A DNA stretch of 64,000 nt from Candidatus Eisenbacteria bacterium RBG_16_71_46 (lineage in GTDB: Bacteria; Eisenbacteria; RBG-16-71-46): the NCBI GenBank assembly GCA_001780165.1, contig MFFQ01000023.1, positions 5,215-69,214 of the forward strand, read 5' to 3'. Positions 40,555 through 48,037 of this stretch are shown here, piece by piece (position 1 is the first letter of the stretch; each line of letters begins with the position of its first letter). The position numbers were made by a program, and so were the translations under genes. Below the pieces are notes generated by a model, which made no database searches, had not been told where the DNA came from, and saw only the letters and a program-made list of their open reading frames with translations.

Positions 40555-42056
40555 CGCCCGGCCGCGATCGAATCCAGCCATCCGCCGGCGAAACCCGCGC
40601 GCCGCAGGCCGCGCACGACGTGGGCGTTGCCCCGCATGTACCGCCACACCAGCCCGCTGCGGGCGTTCTCGGCCATCGCCAGGATCGGGCCCTGATCGAT
40701 GCCTAGGTAGTCGGTGTCGAACCAGCCGGCGGAGGGATCCACCCGTCCATGGTGGACCGGGACGTTGCGGGTGAGCGTGGGGTTGAACGCGTCCAGGAAG
40801 CCGTAGGTCGAGAAGATGCGGTCGCCGTAGGCCTCGCGGATCGCGATCAGCGTGCGGATCGTGGGCCCGGGGGCGAAGGGGATGGACCCGCCCGCGGCCG
40901 TCGGGGCGATGGTGCCGTCGTCCTCCACGGTGGTGAACGACGCGCCACGCGCGGCATAGGTGCGGAAGGCACGCTCGCGCCCGCCGATCGTCACCGTGCC
41001 GTCCAGCGGCCCGTCGCATGCGGTGAGCCCCCACAAGCGCTCGCCGTATCCGGCGAACCCGCCGGGATTCTCCACCGCGTAGGCCCGCTGGGAGAGGGTG
41101 GCGCGTCGCGAATTCTCGAAATAGTCGATGCCGCGCGCCCGCATGGTGGAGTCCCGCACGCCGCGCAGGTCGAGCCACACCTGGGTGTACTGGTGGCCGA
41201 AGAGCGGCGCGAATCCGACCTGTGGGTAGCCGTGAAAGGTGCCCCAGCGGTAGCCGCTGGTCCATGCGTCCCAGGTGTCCGCGCCGACCGGGTGGCTCGG
41301 CGATCCAAGTGCCAGGACGTGGAGCAACATCGCCTCGTTGTATCCGCGCCAGTCGTAGGGCAGGAAGCCCTCCTCCGGCGTCCAGCCCAGCACGATGGTC
41401 GGGGGCCGCGGCTGGGCCCAGCGCCAGTCCACGCGCGCGTAGAGCGAATCCGCGAGCGCGCGGATGGTGTCCTCCACGGCGTCGGACCGTTCGAAGTAGG
41501 ACTGGCAGAAGAGCACTCCGGCCATGAGCAGCGCCGTGTCCATGGTGGAGAGCTCCACGCGCTCCCAGCGCACACCGCGGTCGGGGTCGAGGAAGTGGTA
41601 GAAGAAGCCGTGATGGCCGATGCAGCCTGCGGCGTCCGCTCCCTGCCGCGCCTGCCACAGGAAGCGCAGGGTGGCGAGAACCCGTTCGCGCGCCTGGGCG
41701 CGCGTGATCCAGCCCCGCTCGGCGCCGATCGGGTAGGCGGTGAGCGCGAACCCCATGGCGCCGACGCTCGCGAACGACCGCGTGGGGGCGCGATCCGGCG
41801 TGAGGCCGGTGCGCGCATCGCTCAGATCCCAGAAATAGCCGAAGGTGCGCCGCTCGAGCGTGTCGAGGAAGGCCGTCTCGCGGGCCGTGAGCGCCAGCGA
41901 ATCCGCGGCAAGGGAGGTGGCACCACCCGCCGCGCGCGGCGCGGAGTGCGACGGTCCCCGAACGCAGCCCGACAGCGCCAGCAGCAGCAGCAGCAGCAGT
42001 GCCGCCGCCGCGGGCTCGCCGCGGATCAGGTGCCGCCGGTCGGCCCGGACGCGCAC
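40551..42056 (-). CDS. DUF3131 / GH144-like (alpha/alpha)6 glycoside hydrolase paralogue, lipoprotein, no T9SS CTD
   Basis: Lipobox LALSGC; shares GFFYHFLD, GYNEAMLLHVLALGSP, IDYFENSRRATLSQRAY, GIDQGPI blocks with 21915-23486. Confidence 0.7.
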   Translation of the reverse strand: MRVRADRRHLIRGEPAAAALLLLLLLALSGCVRGPSHSAPRAAGGATSLAADSLALTARETAFLDTLERRTFGYFWDLSDARTGLTPDRAPTRSFASVGAMGFALTAYPIGAERGWITRAQARERVLATLRFLWQARQGADAAGCIGHHGFFYHFLDPDRGVRWERVELSTMDTALLMAGVLFCQSYFERSDAVEDTIRALADSLYARVDWRWAQPRPPTIVLGWTPEEGFLPYDWRGYNEAMLLHVLALGSPSHPVGADTWDAWTSGYRWGTFHGYPQVGFAPLFGHQYTQVWLDLRGVRDSTMRARGIDYFENSRRATLSQRAYAVENPGGFAGYGERLWGLTACDGPLDGTVTIGGRERAFRTYAARGASFTTVEDDGTIAPTAAGGSIPFAPGPTIRTLIAIREAYGDRIFSTYGFLDAFNPTLTRNVPVHHGRVDPSAGWFDTDYLGIDQGPILAMAENARSGLVWRYMRGNAHVVRGLRRAGFAGGWLDSIAAGR

Positions 42057-42062
42057 GCCGCC

Positions 42063-43106
42063 TCAGCCGCCCTGGGTACGGCCGCCGCGTCCTCGCGCCC
42101 CGTCCGCCATCGGGGATCCGCAGGACCTCCGGACCACCAGGGTGGTGGGCAGGATCTCGCATGGGCGGCTGCCGCCCTGGGGCGACCCCTGCCTGGCGAG
42201 CAGGTGATGCACCGCCCGCTCGCCGAGCCGGAACGCGTCCACGTGGACGGTGGTCAGCGGCGGGGTGAGATGGCGCGCGAGCGCGATGTCGTCGAATCCG
42301 GTCACCGCGATGTCCTCCGGCACGCGCACGCCGGCCTCGCCGAGCGCGCCGAGGAGGCCCACCGCCATGGAGTCGTTGGCGGCGAACACCGCCGTGGGCC
42401 GCCGCGCGAGCGCGAGCAGGCGCGCCCCGGCATCGTGTCCCGAGCGCTCCGAGAAGTCGCCGGGGATCTCCAGCTCCGGGTCCGGCGCGACGCCGGCGTC
42501 TCGCAGCGCGGCGCGATAGCCCTCCAGGCGTTGCTGCGCGTCGCTGTTGCGTGGCGGACCGGTGATCACGGCGATCCGGCGGTGCCCGAGGCCGAGCAGG
42601 TGGCGGATCATCACGGCGGCCCCGTCGAGATTGGCGATGCAGATCGCGTCGAGGTCGTCCCCGGTGGCGGCGGGATCGATGAGCACCAGCGGAGTGTGCG
42701 CGGCACCCGCGCGGATCGCGGCCGGGGCGTCCGCGTCGGGCGCCATGACGATGAGACCGTCGATCCGCCCGCGCATCGCCCGCAGCGCCGACAGCAGGTC
42801 GCGGGTGTCGGAGTGCGAGCTGGAGACCAGCAGGTGGAGGTTCTCCTTCCGCGCGGCGAGGTCGATGCCGCGGATGATCTCGGAGAAGAACTCGCCGTGA
42901 AGATCGGGCAGCAGGACGCCGACCGCGTGCGTACGGTTGGTGATGAGGCTGCGGGCGACGCCGTTCGGCCAGTAATTGAGGCGCGTCGCGACCTCGCGCA
43001 CCTGCCGGCGGGTCTGCGAGCTCACCGCGGCGCTCTCGTTGAAGACTCGGGAGACCGTGGCGATGGATACCCCGGCGTCGCGGGCCACGTCTTTGATCGT
43101 CGCCAT
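42063..43106 (-). CDS. LacI-family transcriptional repressor
   Basis: N-terminal HTH MATIKDVARDAGVSIATVSRVFN; periplasmic-binding-fold C-domain; start could be 43118. Confidence 0.85.
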   Translation of the reverse strand: MATIKDVARDAGVSIATVSRVFNESAAVSSQTRRQVREVATRLNYWPNGVARSLITNRTHAVGVLLPDLHGEFFSEIIRGIDLAARKENLHLLVSSSHSDTRDLLSALRAMRGRIDGLIVMAPDADAPAAIRAGAAHTPLVLIDPAATGDDLDAICIANLDGAAVMIRHLLGLGHRRIAVITGPPRNSDAQQRLEGYRAALRDAGVAPDPELEIPGDFSERSGHDAGARLLALARRPTAVFAANDSMAVGLLGALGEAGVRVPEDIAVTGFDDIALARHLTPPLTTVHVDAFRLGERAVHHLLARQGSPQGGSRPCEILPTTLVVRRSCGSPMADGARGRGGRTQGG

Positions 43107-43194
43107 GGTCGGATCCACTGGGGAGGATCGGGGAACGGCCGGAGCGTATACCCCGGCGGGCGCGCACAGGCGCCGAATCCTCTAGCGAGGCAAA

Positions 43195-43222
43195 TGTAAA
43201 CGATTACGGTCGCTCTTGACAA
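43195..43222. promoter_or_regulatory. LacI-family operator copy C (TGTAAACGATTACG, 43195-43208) plus inverted TTGACAA box (43216-43222), ~90 nt upstream of the LacI gene (autoregulation)
   Basis: Third copy of the motif; box orientation inverted and spacing 7 nt. Confidence 0.5.
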
Positions 43223-43289
43223 TGCGGGCGGGCAGCCACCCCCGGGCCCACCCCGCCGACCCGTCGCCGCGCCGGCGCCGGCCCGGGCC

Positions 43290-44069
43290 TCAGCCGGAGG
43301 CCTCGAGGTTCAGCCAACCCAGGCGCTGGCAGCAGAGGACGTACTTGGAGCATCGCGTCCGCCGCGGCGTGAGCGGATGGAGGATCTGCCGGACGAGATC
43401 CACGTCGATGCTCGCCGCCTTGACCTCGATCACCACCAGCCCCTCCAGCGCGGATGGAACCCCCCGCCGCGGGCTCGCGCAACCGGTCTGGTCGTAGCCG
43501 ACGATGTCGTAGTCGAGGGTGGCGCGGACCCCCGTCGACCGGTCGCTGAAGTGCTGGCGCCGGTAGGAGACCAGGACCACCGGCTGGTCGCGCCCGCAAA
43601 GATGGGACGCCTGGCTCTCGGAGAGCCGGCTGCCGATCTGCCGCAGCAGGTCCGGGTAGGGGCGCGCGGCCAGCGGACCCTGGGCGGAGATCAAGACGCG
43701 CTCCTTCCACGAGACCTGGTTGCGGCGGGACTTGAGCTCGAAAAAGAGCCGGTCGTCCGGCAACGGCCGGTCGTACCAGCGCAGGCGCACCTTGGACCGG
43801 CGCCCGATCCCCGAGATGGACTCGTGGCACGCGGACAGGCTGGCGTCGTCGAAGTAGATGCTGTTGACCTGCGAGACCGGGGTGCGGCCGAACGTCTCGC
43901 GCCGGGCGTTGGCGCCGAGGATGGCGCTGATCTTCCCCACGTCCGCCCCCGGGAGGGCGAACTTGATCTCGCACCGCCCGGGGCCGCGGGTGGAGTCGGC
44001 CTCCCGCGACCGGGCGCCCGCCGGCTCGCCCACGGCGGCGACACCGGGAGCCGGGACGCCCGCGCTCAC
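43290..44069 (-). CDS. VTC-domain protein (triphosphate-tunnel-metalloenzyme fold, polyphosphate-polymerase-like)
   Basis: ExK-type start of tunnel (CEIKFAL), basic tunnel residues; GTG start chosen to form GTGA overlap with upstream stop; ATG at 44105 also possible. Confidence 0.6.
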   Translation of the reverse strand: MSAGVPAPGVAAVGEPAGARSREADSTRGPGRCEIKFALPGADVGKISAILGANARRETFGRTPVSQVNSIYFDDASLSACHESISGIGRRSKVRLRWYDRPLPDDRLFFELKSRRNQVSWKERVLISAQGPLAARPYPDLLRQIGSRLSESQASHLCGRDQPVVLVSYRRQHFSDRSTGVRATLDYDIVGYDQTGCASPRRGVPSALEGLVVIEVKAASIDVDLVRQILHPLTPRRTRCSKYVLCCQRLGWLNLEASG

Positions 44070-44755
44070 AGCAGGCTCTTGAGGTTGACGTAGGAGATCT
44101 GGCACATGGGCAGGCGCGCTTGCAGCCCGGCCACCATCGCGCCGACCGCATCGGGGCTCTCGGGAAAGACCGCGATGCGATAGCGCACCTGGCCGTCCTC
44201 GACGTCGAGCCGCTGCACGTCATGGCGGCCGACGAGCTCCGCGACCGAGCGGGAGAAGCGGGTGAGATCTCCCCCGAAGATCTCCGGCTGCGCTCCCGAG
44301 ATGGTCAGCAGCAGTTGCTGGGCGCCCGCCCGGCCGCGCAGGTGGTGGCCGAGGACGACGAACAGCGAGAAGACCACCATGCCGGCCAGCGCGAGCGGAA
44401 TGAACCGCGCGCCCAGGGCGATGCCGATGGAGATGCAGAAGAAGAGATAGACGATTTCCTCGGGCTCCTTGATCGCCGCCCGGAAGCGCACGATCGAGAG
44501 CGCGCCGACCAGCCCCAGGGACAGGGCCAGCGACGACTTGATCACCGAGATGACCAGGATGGTGGCGACGGTCAGCAGCGGAAAGGTGCTGCTGAAGGAA
44601 TCCCGGTTCGACAGGGTGGTGGCGAAGCGCCGGTAGAGCACCCGGACCCAGTAGCCGATGACGCCGCCCGCGAGCATCGACCCGATCAGATAGACCGCTT
44701 CCCGTAAGGCGCCGCCCTGAGGCAGGCCCACCAGCAGATCACGCAGTTGTTGCAA
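44066..44755 (-). CDS. DUF4956-like polytopic membrane protein, partner of VTC-domain proteins
   Basis: Four or more TM segments, conserved ...LSIVRFRAAIKEPEE...; start uncertain (TTG after AAGGCGGA, or upstream ATG 44848). Confidence 0.55.
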   Translation of the reverse strand: MQQLRDLLVGLPQGGALREAVYLIGSMLAGGVIGYWVRVLYRRFATTLSNRDSFSSTFPLLTVATILVISVIKSSLALSLGLVGALSIVRFRAAIKEPEEIVYLFFCISIGIALGARFIPLALAGMVVFSLFVVLGHHLRGRAGAQQLLLTISGAQPEIFGGDLTRFSRSVAELVGRHDVQRLDVEDGQVRYRIAVFPESPDAVGAMVAGLQARLPMCQISYVNLKSLL

Positions 44756-44896
44756 CCCATCCGCCTTTCGTCCGTTCCGCCCGGGCCGCGGCCCGCGTGA
44801 TCCTGGGGCTGCCGGGAGCCCCGCCCGCGGTCCCCCCCCCGTCGTCACGCGGCCCCCGCCCCACGGACGTCGGGCCGGGGCGACGTCCGGGGAGGA

Positions 44897-46138
44897 TCAT
44901 CCTCCGCGGGTCAGCCATTCCGCCTTCCGCTGCACGATGAACCGGCGCACCCGGTCGACGGCCCCGTCGAACCTCGCCAGGTCCGCCTGGGTGCGCGGAT
45001 CGGCGCGGGTCGTCGAGTGGAGCGTGCGCCCCACCCGGTCGATCCGCTCCATCAGGGCCCGCTCGTCCCACGCCTCGCGGAGCACGCGCTGGATCGCCCG
45101 CTCGTACGCCCCGGCGAGCGCGGGCGCCTCGCGCACGTCCTCCGCGAGCCGGCCCTTGGGCGGCGCGAACGGGCTGCGCACTTCGATGTCGGGGTAGACG
45201 CCGTCCACACCGAACAACGAGTCCATGCCGTGGGGGATGAAGACGAAGCGCCCGTCGCTCGAGCGGTCGTACATGAAGTAGTTGTTGACGTTGCCGGAGT
45301 AGCTGTCCCAGTGGTTCGCCAGGGCGTCGATGGCGCACCCGGTGAGGAAGCCGTCGAGATCGAGGCGCTCGCGCACCGCCCTCACCCACTCGGCTTCGGG
45401 CGTCTCGCGGACGACCTTGACCAGGGCGCGGAGATCGTCGCGGTTGCGGCGCTCCTCCCCCTGGCGCTTCAGCTCCATGCGCTGGGGTTGCTCGAGGAAA
45501 TCGGTGCACGGATCGTCGAATGGACACGACCCCTCGTAGAGATTGCCGCCCGCGTCCGCGACACCGAAATTCCTGACCAGGAACTGCCGGTCGACGGCTT
45601 CCTTGATGACGTAGACGCCGCGTGGCTCACCGTTGAAGGTCACCACCGCGTGCGCCGTCAAGGGGGCGGGCAGATGCGCGCGGCGGTAGAGCTCGTAGCC
45701 GAGGTGCTCGTTGAGGAAGGCGACATCCTGCCGGGCATTGTTGAGGATCAGCTTGTCGATGCCGAACAGGCGCTGGTGCTTGATGAACGCGTTGAGCTTG
45801 ATGCTGAAGGCCGGTTTCTCGGAGAGCGGCGAGAGCGAGTTGATGCCGCCCTTGCGGCGGATCCCCACCATCACGTAGGCGTGGCCGTCGAAGCTGAAGG
45901 TGCAGGGGACGCGCCGCGACCAGTCCCGGTCCAGCGTGGCGAGATCCTTCTCCTCGACCGTGATCGCGATCTCGTGGAGGACCCTGGTGTCGAAGACGGT
46001 CGCGACCGCCGGCGGCGATCCGGGAGACCAGACCGTGGCCCGAGCGTCCGGCCCCGCCGATCCGCCCGGCCACCCAATGCCGCCGAGAACAGCGGCCAGC
46101 AGGAGCAGCTTCGCGTCCGCGCGCCACGCGCATCGCAT
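44897..46138 (-). CDS. CotH-family protein kinase-like protein, secreted
   Basis: Signal-like N-terminus; CotH fold blocks (...NNYFMYD..., ...DLDGFLTGCAIDALANHWD...); GGGAGG upstream of chosen ATG. Confidence 0.7.
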   Translation of the reverse strand: MRCAWRADAKLLLLAAVLGGIGWPGGSAGPDARATVWSPGSPPAVATVFDTRVLHEIAITVEEKDLATLDRDWSRRVPCTFSFDGHAYVMVGIRRKGGINSLSPLSEKPAFSIKLNAFIKHQRLFGIDKLILNNARQDVAFLNEHLGYELYRRAHLPAPLTAHAVVTFNGEPRGVYVIKEAVDRQFLVRNFGVADAGGNLYEGSCPFDDPCTDFLEQPQRMELKRQGEERRNRDDLRALVKVVRETPEAEWVRAVRERLDLDGFLTGCAIDALANHWDSYSGNVNNYFMYDRSSDGRFVFIPHGMDSLFGVDGVYPDIEVRSPFAPPKGRLAEDVREAPALAGAYERAIQRVLREAWDERALMERIDRVGRTLHSTTRADPRTQADLARFDGAVDRVRRFIVQRKAEWLTRGG

Positions 46139-46268
46139 GGGTTTTCGTGCCTCCCGCATGAGTGGCCGGTGGCCGCGGGGCGTCGCCGCCCCGCCCCGGG
46201 AGCCGGCGCCCGCGCCGCCCTCCGGGAGCCCGGCGCCCGCGGGGCGGGCTACGACCGCCGCCGCGCGC

Positions 46269-47834
46269 TCAATGCACCACCGGCTTCAGCGCGCCGCGAT
46301 CGTGGGCCCCGACGATGCGATCGATCGGGCGGCTGATGAGGAAGATCACGATCCCGGTGGCGATGCCGAGCACGGTGAGCATCAGGAAGAACTGGCCGCG
46401 CGGCATGCGCGTCCAGAACGTGCCGAGATATCCCGAGAGGTAGTTGCCGAAGAAGCTGGACAGGAACCACACCCCCATCATCATGGACACCATCCGCGCG
46501 GGCGCCACCTTGGTGACGAAGGAGAGCCCGATCGGCGACAGGTAAAGCTCGCCCATCGTGAGGACGACCGTGGTGCTGCCGAGCCACATGACGCTGCGGC
46601 GCATGTCCGCGGTGAGCCCCTGCGACGCCACGATCATGATGATGAACGACAGCCCGAGCAGGAAGCACCCGATCGCCATCTTGGTGACGCTGTTGGGCTC
46701 CTGGTTCCGCCTCGCCTGCCACACCCAGAAGGCGCTCAACCCCGGCGCGAACAGGAAGATCATCGCGGGGTTGAAGGCCTGGTACCAGGTCGAGGGAATC
46801 GTGAGCCCGAGCAGATTCCAGTTGGTGTTCTGATCGGCGAACAGCTGCATGGTATTGCCCTGCTGCTCGTAGCAGGCCCAGAAGACGATGTTGAGACCGC
46901 ACAGCACGATGATCGCGCCGATCCGCAGGCGCTCCTCCCGCGGCATGGTCATCATCCAGCGGAAGAAGTAGACACCGAAGACCACCACCGCGGCCGCCAG
47001 CAAACCCCAGCGGACCAGTGCCGGGATCGCCCCGAGCAGGGCTGGCAGGCCGAGAATCAGGAAGAGCAATCCACCGACGATGCCCACCAGGTAGATCCCG
47101 ATGCTGGCCGTGGCGCGGGCCGGCGTCGAACGCACGGTCGAGGGCGCCACGCCCAGGTAGCGCCGTCCCCACAGGTAGAGCAGAAGACCGAGCACCATGC
47201 CGACACCGGCCGCGGCGAAGCCGTAGTGCCAGCCGATGGTCTGTCCCAGCGTGCCGCACACCAGCGGTGAGAAGAAAGCGCCGAGGTTGATGCCCATGTA
47301 GAAGATCGTGAAGGCCCCGTCCCGTCGCGGATCGCCCTGCGGGTACAGGCTCCCCACCTGGGTCGAGATGTTGGGCTTGAACGCGCCGTTGCCGAGGATC
47401 AGGAAGATCAGGGCGACGAAGAACAGGTGCTCGACCGCCATCAGGAAATGCCCGATGGCCATGAGCACCGCACCCAGGATGACGGCCTTCCTCTGGCCCA
47501 GCACTCGATCGGCGAGCAGGCCGCCGAAGAACGGCGTCAGATACACGAACGCCGTGTAGAGGCCGTAGATCTGGGAGGAGAGCGGTTGCACGGGGAGCGG
47601 CCCGAACACGCCCTCGAGCGAGCCCTTGAGGGCGGTGAAGCCCAGCACGCGCTGGCCCACGTCGGGTTGGATGAAGAGGAAGTTGACCATGTACAGCACC
47701 AGCAGGGAGCGCATCCCATAGTAGGAGAAGCGCTCCCACATCTCCGTGAAGAACAGGACGAAGAGCCCCTTCGGGTGTCCGAAGATGGTGCCCTCGCGCC
47801 GGGGCAGGGGCTCGCTGGCGGCGGCCGTGGCCAT
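46269..47834 (-). CDS. POT/PTR2-family di-/tripeptide:proton symporter
   Basis: EMWERFSYYGMR signature; 14 TM; 521 aa. Confidence 0.85.
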   Translation of the reverse strand: MATAAASEPLPRREGTIFGHPKGLFVLFFTEMWERFSYYGMRSLLVLYMVNFLFIQPDVGQRVLGFTALKGSLEGVFGPLPVQPLSSQIYGLYTAFVYLTPFFGGLLADRVLGQRKAVILGAVLMAIGHFLMAVEHLFFVALIFLILGNGAFKPNISTQVGSLYPQGDPRRDGAFTIFYMGINLGAFFSPLVCGTLGQTIGWHYGFAAAGVGMVLGLLLYLWGRRYLGVAPSTVRSTPARATASIGIYLVGIVGGLLFLILGLPALLGAIPALVRWGLLAAAVVVFGVYFFRWMMTMPREERLRIGAIIVLCGLNIVFWACYEQQGNTMQLFADQNTNWNLLGLTIPSTWYQAFNPAMIFLFAPGLSAFWVWQARRNQEPNSVTKMAIGCFLLGLSFIIMIVASQGLTADMRRSVMWLGSTTVVLTMGELYLSPIGLSFVTKVAPARMVSMMMGVWFLSSFFGNYLSGYLGTFWTRMPRGQFFLMLTVLGIATGIVIFLISRPIDRIVGAHDRGALKPVVH

Positions 47835-47979
47835 GGGTATCTCCTCAGAGGGTCTGCGAAGGATCGGCCCGTGAATCCGGGAAGCTATTCAATTGCGCGA
47901 CGGGAAACAAGCCCTCTCGCCACGGACGCGGATCGACTCCCGCGGGGCGCGGGGCCCCGCGAGCGATCCTCCCGACCGC

Positions 47980-48014
47980 CCGGGGCCCGGGCGCGCGTGG
48001 CGCCCGGGCCCCGG
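47980..48014 (-). terminator. Perfect 15-bp GC hairpin (CCGGGGCCCGGGCGC-gcgtg-GCGCCCGGGCCCCGG) 24 nt downstream of pckG
   Basis: Inverted repeat read directly; no U-tract. Confidence 0.3.
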
Positions 48015-48037
48015 AGCCGTGCAGCGCCCGGTGGGGT

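Noticed and set aside
40555-43167. Upstream 870 aa of the 1305-aa six-frame ORF that ends as the ABC substrate-binding protein
   Set aside because: It overlaps, out of frame, the GH144-like gene and the LacI gene, which have clear motifs in other frames. The real SBP begins at the lipoprotein signal peptide (ATG 40554).
43377-44093. 238-aa plus-strand ORF and TTGACA at 43216 that might drive it
   Set aside because: ORF is antisense to the VTC-domain gene, which has a conserved ExK tunnel motif; the TTGACA box is better explained as part of the LacI-operator-associated TTGWCAA element.
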